A DNA stretch of 56,560 bases from Ministeria vibrans ATCC 50519 (Eukaryota > Protista > Filasterea). The notes under the pieces were generated by a model that was not told the DNA's origin, made no database searches, and saw nothing but the letters and a program-made list of their open reading frames with translations. Both the position numbers and the translations under genes were made by a program. Of the stretch, positions 40,034 to 52,097 are shown piece after piece (the first letter of the stretch is position 1; the number at the start of each line of letters is the position of its first letter). The stretch lies in the NCBI GenBank assembly GCA_943704425.1, contig CALSCP010000372.1, positions 1-56,560 of the forward strand. Reading direction: 5' to 3'.

Positions 40034-42348
40034 TTAGAGCTCGTCTCTCTCATTCCCATTCAGCTGTGCCTCACACTCGGCCGCACAGTTCTTCTCAATA
40101 CACTCTCGAGTAACACAGGCATTTTGTCGCACACAGGGCCCGCAACCCATAAAAAACTGATCGCGCAAAGGAGAGCCTTCGGGTCCCTTCAGAGAAGCCA
40201 CATCACGACTCACGGAGAGCTTGGCCACAAAGCTGTAGCGTGAGCCAATGTACGAGGGAGACGGTGGCCGTGCACTGTGTGGGATGGCACCCTGAAAGAT
40301 GGTGGAGCGCGAGAACAGCGGGTGGACCTGGAACAAACAGTGGTGTGTGAGTAAAGTGTGTCATTCACAATCCCCTTACTTGTGCAATCAGTTCGTAATT
40401 TTGTAGTGCAGCACACGAGTCATCTGAATCAACTGCCTCCGGTGTATCGCACTCAATGGGTCGGTTGTAAAAGGCAGTTTCACCATAGTCATTGGCGGTC
40501 CAGTTTGGAGTCAGATACCTAAGCTAAAAATCAGTACACGATAGAGAGGTCGAGCGAGAGAGAGAGAGAAAACATACAAAAGGAAGGTCCACTCATCCTC
40601 ATTTCTATTGCCATCCTCGTGGATCCGCGTGTCGTCGGTCATGCGAATGAGATTACATGCGACGTCGTAAGGGTACCACGACTGGGCACTGTCGGGTGTC
40701 AGGTGGTTGATGAGCTTGAGGATCTTGTACCACATAGAGGTGGCCGTGAACTCACCAATCGGATACTATAAGTAGCAAAAAAAAAAAGTGATAGTTTAGT
40801 GAGTTAGAGTGGGTGAGTAATGATTGACACAGTGAGACAACGAATGAGACACTGAGTCAGAAACAAGTGACTGTACGATTTAAATACCTGAGCGATAAAC
40901 TGCACGTTGTCTGTCTCCTCGTCGGGATCGGACGGCTCGTCGTAGTTCCAAGGACTAAAGCGCTTAAGGTAAGAATGGAGCGTCTCAATCTCTTCAGGAG
41001 TAAACAGATTGTCGATGACTTGTAGACGACGGCCGTTGCGGTCTTTGACTTGCGAGTGGATGAGAGGTGCCACGTCAAAGGTTGCACTGTCGACTGAGTC
41101 GTAGGGTGGGAGGAGAGCAAAACGGCCCGATTGCGATGCAGTGTGTTTGGCGCTTTCGTCGCGTTTGAGCGACAATTCGCGTTGCTCGCGGTGTATGGCA
41201 AACGCAGTTGGTGAGCGCGTCAGACGCACAAACACAATAATCTAGCATTTGAATGGTCGTCAATCAGTCTCTCGTCAATCTCTCGTTTTTTTTGTACTTG
41301 AAATCGCTTTTGTGCCATGCTGGGAGGGCGAGGGAGCATGCTGATGCTGGCGTCCCACAGAATCGCACGGCCAGGAACCTATCATACACACACACAGACA
41401 CGACGACAAAGAGTCAGGGTCACTCAACTCTCTCTCACTCTTTTTTTTTTTCTGCGTCCTTAAAACCCCAATGGTGCACCATTTTAGTCATTCTCCCTTC
41501 TTTTGCGTACCGGGTGCACAGAGGCAGCCACTTCGTCGTCCCGATCAAAAAACAACGACTCGCCGTAGTGGTTGCGCTTCCACTTAGAGTTGAGGTACAC
41601 CATCATGTTGACCTCGTCGTCGTCGGACGACTCAGCACTCGCATAGTTCAATGTCAGGTCTCCACGTCGCACAACGTGCAAACGGCATGCATACGGCTAC
41701 GCGACAACAGAGTGAGAACCACAAAAACAAATCTCGCACATCTCCATCCAAATAATCGCGGTTTCCCCATTCACTGATTTGTAGTCGAAAATGCAGAGCC
41801 TGTTTCGCAGCAGGCTTTCTCTTACCAGGAGCTCTGGACCATCACCTTGGTACCTGCGCGCCGCAGCCTCGACGTCGGGCCAGATTTCCTCGTGAAACTG
41901 CTCCAAAGGCATTTCGTAGGTGAACGGGAAGCCCCACTCAATGGCGTCTGTCTCGTCAATGCTCTCGTTGAGCCGGCGCCACGCGTCCGCATAGTCCGAC
42001 TGAAGCCTCCACACGCCCTCTTCTTTGTACTGCGAAGCCAAAGACCGCCACAAAGCGAGACAGTCAACAGCGCGAACACTCTAAAGTTTTTTTTTCCTTC
42101 TTCTCTATTTTTCTCTTTCTTTGTTTGTTTCTTTCAGATCTTTGCGGCGATCGCGTTCTTACTTGTTCCATCCAGGCACGGGTCTTCTTTAACGACACGA
42201 CATTGTCGTAGACGGCAATCCTTCTTGCATTGCCTGGTTCCGTTCCATCAATGTTTTTGTCCCACAGCTGCAGGACCTTTCGGGGTTTGCCCTGGACAGC
42301 AAGCGCCACGCACACCACAAGTGCGATTGTGACGAAGGTCTTATGCAT
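40034..42348 (-). CDS. ER-resident tandem 2OG-Fe(II) oxygenase (prolyl-hydroxylase-like): degenerate N-terminal domain, intact C-terminal domain, RDEL; 8 exons
   Basis: Signal peptide MHKTFVTIALVVCVALAVQG; domain 1 VYLNSKWKRNHYGESLFF...VPGRAILWD without HxD/H; domain 2 TRIHEDG...TFLLYLTPNWTANDYGETAFY...IFQGAIPHSARPP...RYSFVAK; C-terminus NERDEL. Confidence 0.85.
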
Positions 42349-42453
42349 CAAAAAAAAAAAAGAATTGAATTGATCAGTCAATAGTGAATAGAATACGAGG
42401 AGTAATCAAGAAAAATAATTATATAGATTTCACCTAATTCATTGTAACTATTC

Positions 42454-43841
42454 ATGCTCCCTCCTCAGGCGTCGGCGTCGGTCCATGGATCGTATGCTAG
42501 GGAAACGGTCAGTCAGAGGCTACCGGCAATCTTGACGCGTGCCATTGATCGGTGTAGCCGTGCGCTGTCGTCAACGGCAACGGACAGCGATCAGTTGCGC
42601 GCGGCCGTCTCCAGTCTGGTCCAGCTCAAATACCAGCTGACGCACGACAAGGCATTGGGGGCGCTCGAGGGGACGTTGGTTGGGGACGAAGGTGAGTGGA
42701 ATGAGGCGCTCGTGGCCGCCGGGAGGCCGTCGTGGTTCTCGGCGTCGTGGCTGCTCGCCGAGTGCTACATGTATCGCCGCATTCGCGCCGCCAACATCCC
42801 TTTTGACGTGTTTGCCGAGGGCAAGCAGCACAGCTTCCATGAGTGTCTTCCAGCAATGGAAACGCTGGCGCACACCCTCAAGGTGGCGTGCCAGAGCGTC
42901 GAAGATCGCACGCACTTGCGACGCTTCCTTGAGTGCTCCCTGTGGGGCAACCGCGCCGACCTGTCTCACTCGGCGACCGCCCCCTCTGCGGACGACGACC
43001 AAGCGGCTACTGTCGACACCATTGACGATGCGCGTCTTCGGGAACTCGCTGCCACACGCCTTCTCATTGACGACGTGCCAGCCATCGAGGCGCTCCTGAC
43101 TGCACTACCAAGTCCATCTCGCATTGACATTGTCCTTGACAACGCCGGCTACGAGCTCTTCTCCGACCTGTGCCTCGCCGAATGGCTCCTTACAGCCAAC
43201 GTGGGCTCCCATATTGTGCTCCATGTCAAAGACTACCCCTGGTTCGTCAGCGACGTCACCCCATCCGACCTCACATGGACTCTCGATCAGCTCAGTGCAT
43301 CGCACTCTGACGCCCTCAGTGCACTCGCCCAGCGCTGGTCTAACCGTCTCTATCACGATGACCCTCCCACCCTTCAAATCCATCAAGATCCCTTCTGGAC
43401 ACAACCTCACTCCTTTTGTGACATGCCTTCGCGTGCTCCGCAACTCTACTCCTTTCTACAGGACGCCGCTCTGGTCATTTTCAAGGGCGATTTGAACTAT
43501 AGGAAACTCGTGGCGGATCGAATGGTTTGTCAGAAACTGCTGCAGTATGTGTGGTTGTAATGTGTGTAAATATGTGTAGTGGGAGTACGATACGGATGTT
43601 TCGGTGGCACTGGAAGGGTTTCTACCGACATCGGTGTGCTCCCTACGGACATTGAAGGCGGAATGTGTTGTCGGTATTGGAGGAAGAAAGTACTGTTGAG
43701 TGTGATTTATGCATTATCTTTTATGTAGGGGTAGAATTGGACAAGGTGAAGCGAGTAAGGGAACTGGATGGTGATGCTTGGCTGAACAATGGGAAGAATG
43801 GAGTCATCTCGTTGGTGGCGAAAGGAAATGTAGCAAAATAA
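42454..43841 (+). CDS. ARMT1: Damage-control phosphatase ARMT1 / DUF89; 3 exons
   Basis: RLPAILTRAID, WLLAECYMYRR, SLWGNRADL, DIVLDNAGYELFSDL, PWFVSDVT, IFKGDLNYRKLV, LRTLKAE. Confidence 0.94.
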
Positions 43842-44243
43842 ATACGTCATTAAAAATTAATAATGATCGATCAAGCGGTGCAGGTGGAGCGCATATGAAA
43901 CGCTGGGGCCGCTCCAAGAATGATTAAAAACGCAACCTAATACATTATTATTAATTATTATTATTAAAAATAATAATAATTATTTTTACTAAATTAATGT
44001 TTTATCATTCTTAAAAAATTAATGTCTTCTTCTTTTCTTCTAATAAATTATATATAATTATAATAATAATAATAATATAATTAATAAATATTATATATTT
44101 TTTGTTTATTGGTCTGTTTTAAGTGCAGCTCTCGATTATTTTATTTTCTTATTGTTATTATTATTTGTGTACTGTTTAAAACAATTAAATATTTAGCCTT
44201 TTTTTTGCCATGATTGTTATGAAAACTGACTTCTTTTGCTCTT

Positions 44244-46069
44244 TTATTGCAGTGACATGAAGGCTTTTGGGTCTGTGACCGGCTCGTTGATTGGCTCGGG
44301 CACTTCAATAGGCTGCGTATCGCTGATGAGTCGATCGAATGAGGCCGAGAACACCCCGTACGAATCAAAGAACTCGACGGTTTTCAACTGAGGGTCAAAC
44401 AAGGGCGGCACTGTGAACGTGTCGGTATATTTCTGGAATTTGTTTTCACGCTTCAAAGCATTTTGGGTCTTCTGCAAAGTAAAAAAGGTCAGTGTTGAAC
44501 TTTAACGTCGTTGTCAAGGAAACGGGTTCCCCTTTACCGATTCAGCGTCAGCTGTGTTTTCGCCATTAGGTTCCTCCGCCTTCTTCGCCTCTCCCTCCTT
44601 CGCCTCCCCAACCTCCAAAGACTCCTCGTCGTCTTCGTCAGCCTCATTGTCGTCTTTGCTACGCTCGTCTTCGTCGTCTTTGCTACGCTCGTCTTCGTCG
44701 TCTTCGCTACGATCGTCTTCGTCGTCTTTGCTACGACCGTCTTCGTCGTCTTTGTTACCCTTCTCTTTCTTCTTTGATTTCATGCTGCCTCCATCATTGC
44801 TGCTCGCCTACAAAATTCAATTAGAAAGACGAGAATATAATCTTCGTTGGACTCTCGCACTTCATCGGGTAAATTGTCCGTCACTGCTGGCATCGTGGTC
44901 ACAGGCGCCGGCGCACAGTACTCGACGGCATCGCTCGGAAGATCGGGGTGGTGTTCTTTGTGGAACTCGACTGTCCACGTAGCAGTGACGGGATCAAGTT
45001 TTAGCCGCGGATTGCGCTTCATTCCCGCGCAAGTGAGCACAACAGTGCAACTTTTCGAATCCTCCTCCGTCTCTCCAATCATTTCAATCTTAAGAAGAAA
45101 AGACGTGAGAAGGCGGGCAAAAAAATGTAATACATACAATACCTGGTAAGGCTCTGAGACGTATCTCTGCGATTGCGCGTTGGTGTTGTCCAGATAGACC
45201 AGACGGCCCATTTGCATTTGCTGCTTTGGCAGTCGCACAGATGTCTTTGGAATCTCGACGACCGGTCTCAGCCGTTTCGTTTCGTTGCAGAGCTCAATCT
45301 CTCTCTGGGGAAGACCGTACTTGGGGAGGATATCCTGAATTGCGGTCTTGACGCGCGCGACAATGTCCAAGGAGTTGCCTGTCAGACGGATTTGGTGGAT
45401 AGAATCCTTGAGGAGGGCAAACATGGATTCGTTGTGCGCCTGGCCCGCCTCCCGAACGTCTTTCATTCCCAAGTTGGCGTTGCACAAAAAGATGTGGCGC
45501 TGCTTTGCTGATGAAGCAAAGTCAGCGACATGCTGTGTGACAATGATAGACGGGTCGTCGGCTGGCGCAGTAATTTCAATATGATCATCCACACCCTTGA
45601 AAAGAACTTCGGTTTGCGCCTAATTGTGTTTAATTAGTATCTTAGTGCCTAAATAATATGTTATCTATATGTTTGCTACCTTGAACATTCGCCTTGCCTC
45701 AACGAAGGAGTCATTGCGGTAGTTGTGAACAACAAATAGAGGGGTGTTGGTCGACTCGCTTTTCTGCCCCAACTGTTCGCACACCGAGTAGATCAGCTCT
45801 TGCTCATGTGCGGTGATGTCTTCCACAACCACAATAATGTGATCGGCCACATGAAGCACCGTGTCTTGCAAAAAATGATCGCGGAGCATGCACTCGGCGG
45901 AGAGGTCAGCAAGTGGTACAGGGCGTCCGTCGTCTACGAAACGAGTAAGAACAAAAGTAAATAAAATAATCAGAATTTATACTAACAACAACAATAATAA
46001 TAATGATAATGATATTAATATTAACAGCTCATAATAATAATAATAATAATAAAAATAATTATAATTATA

Positions 46070-46107
<38 letters not shown>

Positions 46108-46668
46108 GTTAATATTAATATCAAAAAGAAATTATTCTTACACTGAATGGGCGCCATCATTCCAGCCGTGTCCAGATAAGCCACAGGAGCTTCTCGGGAA
46201 CGCGAATCTTCCGCACTGATATTGCTGTCCAAGACGAAACTCAATCCGTGAGTTTGCACATCGTCGCCGCACGGCAGGTTGCGACCAGTCAAGCTGTTAA
46301 TCAGATGTGTCTTTCCTTTACCAAACCAGCCAATCACTCCAACACTACACAAAGACACATTTTAATTGTGACGGTCGTAAAAAAAAACAAATATTTCCAC
46401 ACTTTCACGCTTAAAAAAACTGTAGTTGGTTATAAAAAAGAATTGTCGCTTCTTACGTTACACATCGAAGAGCAGGTGGAAGATCGACGGACGGTGGATT
46501 TGGCGTGAGTCCCCCTTTAAACGCATCAGATAAGCGCACAGGCCAGCCAGCTTTGTTTTTAGGACCAGCCAGCTCCATCAAAAAGGACGCATGGATTTCC
46601 ACGTCATATTGATTAAAGTGGCTCTGCGTATTGCCGAAACCGAAAAATTTGGAGAGGTGAACGCCCAT
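44244..46668 (-). CDS. P-loop GTPase with C-terminal HSP20/alpha-crystallin-like domain (cluster gene A), N-myristoylation motif; spliced
   Basis: MGVHLSK start; G1 VGVIGWFGKGKT, G3 YLDTAG, FLQDTVLHVADHIIVVV, LFVVHN, HIFLCN; C-terminal VVLTCAGM...YTDTFTVPPLFD...YGVF with an acidic insertion. Confidence 0.75.
44651..44755 (-). repeat. 24 bp coding tandem repeat (KDDEDERS x about 4) in GTPase gene A
   Basis: gtctttgctacgctcgtcttcgtc-like units; translation KDDEDGRS KDDEDDRS EDDEDERS KDDEDE. Confidence 0.9.
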
Positions 46669-46831
46669 GATCTTTAAAAAAAAAAGCAGAAAAAGCACGA
46701 AAAAAGCACCCGCGCGGAGAAATGACGGTACTTAGCGAACACGTTGCCTCCCTTTGGGTACACTTACCACACGCAGAGAAGTTTTAGTGAAAGGGGTGAG
46801 GGACAGAGAAAGAAGTGTTATAAAATCGAAT

Positions 46832-48087
46832 ATGAGTCGACTCAAAACTCTTTTGGACGAAGTTTCTGGCAGAATTTTTCATCATTATTGGTCGAGGGTA
46901 AGAAAAAAAAAACAAGATTTTTTCGACAAGACAGCTTCGTCTCAAAATGAACCTCCACGTCGAAAGTGTTTTTTTTGGCTAATTAACCCCGCGTCACCAA
47001 ACCAGCCACAATAGAGCAGTTTGCAAGATTCGATACATTTCTATCCGTTTGCAATTGGATATCGATGTCGGCAGAACACACCGACTTGAGTATGACGAAT
47101 ATTATTTCGTCGTAGACGCTTGTTGCTGATATCTTGCTCCTCATAGATGATGGGAGCACTGAGAGCTATCGACGTATAGCTCTATCAATCTTGCCAAGGC
47201 TGTTGCCTTTCTCGTCGCGGCGAGAAAGCCTGCTGGAAATGATCCGCGAGCATCACCCATGCATTGGATTCCGATCCAGCGTCATCTGCACGCTCGCTTG
47301 GCCTGATGACAGCCAAGACCTTTGCAGACGGTTTAATGTAGCATCAACAACAAGGCACAAGCTCTCAAGCGTGTGCACAAGCCTAGCAGGCAAGGGACGC
47401 AGCGACACAACTCCCCAAGTGTCTCAGTCTGACACAAGTACAAGTGGATCCAGTGTCGCCAACTGCACAGGCGCCGCGGATTCAATCAAAATGCTCCGTC
47501 GCAAACATGACAGCTATCCCACTGTTGAGTATGTTGAGTTTGTGTACGAGCCGGCGCCACCCATTGGATTTCTTCAGCGTGTCTCGTCGCAATATGTAAG
47601 CTTCATCATTACTAATAATTATTATTGTGATAAGTAAGATGCATTAATATTATAATATTGCTGCCTCTCTTAGTCTGTAATAATATAATAATAATAATTA
47701 TTTTATAGTTATTATTATTATTTTACTCTTGTTTCTCCGCAGAACCCAGTCGGGGGAGTGGGAAGATCGATTCAATTCGTCAGGCTGGAATCTTCTCGAG
47801 CGCCAGCGTCGTCTCAAACAAGACCAGTCCCGTTTGAAGAACCGAACAGTGGGATGAATGACATTGATTTTGACCCGTCTGTCGACGAAGCAGCTCAAAT
47901 TGCGCAAATTGAATATCAGCTGCGACAGAGCGTGGAGAGCGACGATGCCCAAGACGATGATGTTTACCTGTGTAACGGATGTATTTACGCCACCAAGGCT
48001 GAAGAAGTTGAAATTTCACTGGATTTCGCCTCAACTGAGCCAGTGACTGACCCAATGAGTTTTCGAATGCTTCCTTCAGATGAGTAA
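46832..48087 (+). CDS. Hypothetical orphan protein (cluster gene X), divergent from GTPase gene A; 5' exons uncertain
   Basis: Two GC-richer coding-like exons (about 47116-47595 and 47743-48087) separated by an AT-rich GT-AG intron; ends ...STEPVTDPMSFRMLPSDE. Confidence 0.5.
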
Positions 48088-48381
48088 AACTAAAACCCCA
48101 TAAATATATAATATTAAATTATTTATGAAAAAGAATAATACAACCCATTTATTAACGATACGGTCACCACGCAAAGACACAGCCAGACCGCCTTGCAAAC
48201 TCAACCAAAACTCTAGAGGTAACATGGGAGAACAGAAATTAATTATTAGTGCTGTTCGTGGTTTGTATACGAATTTGTATTTTCTTCTTATTAGTAATAG
48301 TAGTATGTTCCTCATTGATATTAAACTCACTTTATTGTTGTTGACAAGAAATGAACCTGATAAAAACAATTGTATTGGTCT

Positions 48382-48487
48382 TTACGAGAAAGGAGACACT
48401 TTTTTCTCAAATTTGAAGAGCAAAATTCCGCCCTGAAGGCTCACAGTTTTCTTCTTTGCATCATAAAGCTGAGGAACCTACAATAAG

Positions 48488-48541
<54 letters not shown>

Positions 48542-50248
48542 TTAGTGCACATTTAATAAAGTGCGCACTAGTTCAGAGGGTGAGTGCAGAAGAAACGTAC
48601 CGTGAAGTTGATGTTGAACTGTCCCGTTTTTGTTTTCACCAGCGGAAGGGAAGAATTCGTCGGTTTCTCGGGTCGCTCACCCCACACGGTGTAGACTGGA
48701 AGGTCGCCTTGCCGCGACACGCGAAGATGTTCCTTGTCGTTTTTCACCCCGGGAATATCAATCTCCACCCAGAAGTGATCGTCGGTAACAAAGAAGCCAA
48801 TCTAAAGACGGAAGGAAAAAACAACCCCGTGTTAAAGATTATTCATACAACCATTCTAACTATTTTAAAGAGTATCCTTTGGAGTCGTACATCCGGGGCG
48901 TAGTGGCGTTTCAGGTCGACGCGGAATTGGAAAAACTTGAAAGAGCCCTGAATAAAACTGTGGTAGTCGTCGGGCGAGCGGTCAGTACCCGTGGGCGCCA
49001 GCAACCATGACTCGCGCTGCGGCGGAGTTTTTCCGCCGGAGACCTCTCCGGCGCCCGCAGTACTCGTGTCAGATTCCTTCTCACGTGATACAAGATGAAA
49101 ATCATGTGAGCCAATGTACTGCTCCGCGTGCGTCTTCATGCCGTTTAGCAGCCGCTGTGGAAGAGATTTTGCCAGCTTCTCGCGCGGCTCGACAAGTTGG
49201 ATCATTCGGGCGATAATTCGAATAGTACGCGCGTTGTGGAGTTGCTCCTCCTCTTTCTTGATTTCGTCGTTGCAGAGGAACACATGTGTGCTGCACTTTG
49301 TGACGAGCTCAATTCCATCGTTGTCCTTCCGCGTTTGTGGTCCGGTAAACATTGGCAACACTCGTGCCTACAAGGAGTTATTATGATTTAATAATATTAT
49401 GCATTATTCTGATTATTATAATATTGCATACCGTAAACGCCTTCTTGGCCTGCTGATAAGTGTAGTGGCGGAAATTGTGAACCACAATGATGTGATCCGT
49501 GGCAGTTTTGAGACGTTCCCACATATTGAAAAGCATCTCTTGGTCGGCCGACGTGAAGTCACTCACAACAAACAAGAGTTTGTCAGAAACAGAGAAAATG
49601 ATGTCCTGAATGAAGTTGTCCGTGGCCTTGCGATGTGCTGCTGCAAAAGCAATCTTTCCGTTTTTTTGAGATTCGAATTGCGCAAAATCAACTGCAACAT
49701 GATTGTAATTAGTATGGCTAAAGAACAATACTAATATTATAATAATTATTTTTAATAATCTCACCTTTTCGAACGGGACTCGCCATTCCAGCACTGTCAA
49801 CATACACCGTATTGTCTTGGTGATACAGAATGCTCAAAGGCTTTGTGTTGCCCTGAGCACCTCGCATTGACTGCAGGTTTGCCCCCGTCAGTTTTTTTAC
49901 AAGAAAAGTTTTTCCCTTGTTGAACCAGCCGACGACTCCAATCACCTAATCGAATACAAATAAGAAATATGCTATAATAGCCGTGACACATTAAATTATC
50001 CACGCAATTCGTACTCGGCGCGGCTTAGAAGCTTGCGTGCATGGACGCGAGGGATCTTTCAATTCACAGACGAATTGACGCGCTTCGACTGTATCGTTGG
50101 GCGTAACGTCCCAGCCGCCACTCCAAAGGTTCGAGATCTTGTCGATATTGACAACAACATGATACTCAGTAGTATCAGGGTCTTGCGTGTCGACTGCTGT
50201 TGGAGCTCTTGTTGCAGAACTTGAAGACGCTCCCGCGCTTGCCGACAT
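48382..50248 (-). CDS. P-loop GTPase with C-terminal HSP20/alpha-crystallin-like domain (cluster gene B); spliced, possible extra 5' exon near 50503
   Basis: G1 IGVVGWFNKGKT, G3 YVDSAG, FIQDIIFSVSDKLLFVV, IIVVHN, HVFLCN; tail FWVEIDIPGVK...VWGER...GQFNINFT|VPQLYD...SLQGGILLFKF. Confidence 0.8.
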
Positions 50249-50568
50249 GACCTTGGGAGCATAGTCAGACGTCAGTATTATACTTCTGGCTCTCGTGTGG
50301 CAATGCCAGGAGGTTCTTACCACCGTGAGCAAAAGCAATAGAAAAAATAATGAAACAATGAAACTGAAAAAGAAAATGGACGAAGAAAAGTGCGACGGTC
50401 GAACCTTGAGAAAAAAAAGTTTTTCCCAGCAAGTTCTTGTCGAAAATAATAAATACATACAAAAAAGTCTTCGTCTCTCGTCCGCCGTGACATTGGCCAC
50501 CATTTTCACCAATTATTTCTTCTCTTCTGTTCTTACCACACGTCGGGCAGCATTTGCTTGTTGTTTGA

Positions 50569-52030
50569 ATGTCTTCCAGTATGCTTAATGGCGAAAAGGA
50601 GGAATTTGAAACCCGTCAGTCGAGAATCACGTTTTCAGCGGTGGTAAAATGGATTGCCCTTCTTGTGCTGGCTCCCGTCGGCATCCAGCCAGTGTACATA
50701 TCAACTGCGGGCCAAAGGGGCTCCATCAAAGTGCTTCTCCCTCTGGGACCACTTGGATGGACGCTCTTTTTTCCGTGCGACTGGGAAAAATATGCGCTGA
50801 GGTCGAATGAGGTTGACACGCGCTGCTGGACAATCGTGTTCTTGTTCATGATGCCCGTCTGGATCCAATATCACGCACACCATGACGTTTGCGAAGCGGT
50901 TCATCGCCAGTCTGCGTTGCTGCAGATGCTGTGTACAATTGGCGCCGTTTGCAACGCCTATTTCGTTCTACTCCTCGCCTTCTGCGGCGTCCAGCCTCTC
51001 TATACCGCGTGCCTTGGGTCGCACACGACTATTAAAGTGTACTTTCCCATGGGTCCTATTGGTTGGACGTTGGTTTTTCCTGCTGACTGGAAGAAGCTTT
51101 CGCAACGCTCAGACGCAGAAGAAGAGCACACGCCAATCATTACTGTGTTTGTTGTTCTTCCTGTGTGGGTTCAATGTGCCACACTCCAAGACGACACGCA
51201 ATTTCTTCTCACGGAAAGCCCCGGTGTCCCTTGCAACTATTACGGAAGCATGGCAAAACCCCAGTCTGAAAAGTCCATCGCTCAGCCGTCGCTTGTTGTT
51301 GACGAAGGGTTCGTCGCAGGGACCACGCTCTCAGAGCTGTCCGACATCGGGTGGACTGTAAAGCATCCCGTTAACCCTCAACTACGTGAACCGCCAGTTG
51401 TGGTTTGTATTGCAGGCGGAACCAATGCAAGCGCGGAATTTGACAACTTGTTGCCTTTGCGAGCCGCCGACGATTCACCGTCCTCCCAAGCTCCTCTGAT
51501 TGAATGGGGTTCGATCAAGCAAGAAAACACAAGCACACCTCTTCTTGGCGTCGTAAAATGCGTAGCTCAAGCGCCTCCTCTTGAATCTGGTAAGAGGAGG
51601 AGCAAGGATAATTAATTAAAAAAAACACTAGTTTAGCCGACCCCCTCTCTCCTCGATGTAGTTCTCGTTGACGTCGCCAACCTGACGCCTCTGAACGACG
51701 AGCTCAAAGCGCGCACTGCGTCTGCATCTTTTGCATGGCATTTGGTGTGTAAAGCAGTGGATGCAATGATTCTAGTTGTGAGTCATTTGTCACTTGATGA
51801 ATTGTGTCTGCTCGAGAGCGCTGCGGAATCATTGGGAGCCCACCGCGTGTTTATTATTCATTTGGCTCAACACAAAAACGCAGAGCCTGTCACCGAGTCT
51901 GCCGCCTCTTCCATTGCTCTACAAACTTTGCAGGTGTGTTCTTTTATGTGTGTGTGTGTGTGTGTGTGTGTGTGATTATTATTGTTGTAAAGAATTATTT
52001 CGAGGAATCATTCAGGANNNNNNNNNNTTT

Positions 52031-52097
<67 letters not shown>

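Noticed and set aside
43885-43916. Small GC-rich hairpin (tggagcg...cgctcca) after ARMT1, considered as SECIS or ncRNA
   Set aside because: Only a 7 bp stem, no SECIS core geometry and no in-frame TGA needing recoding in the adjacent genes.
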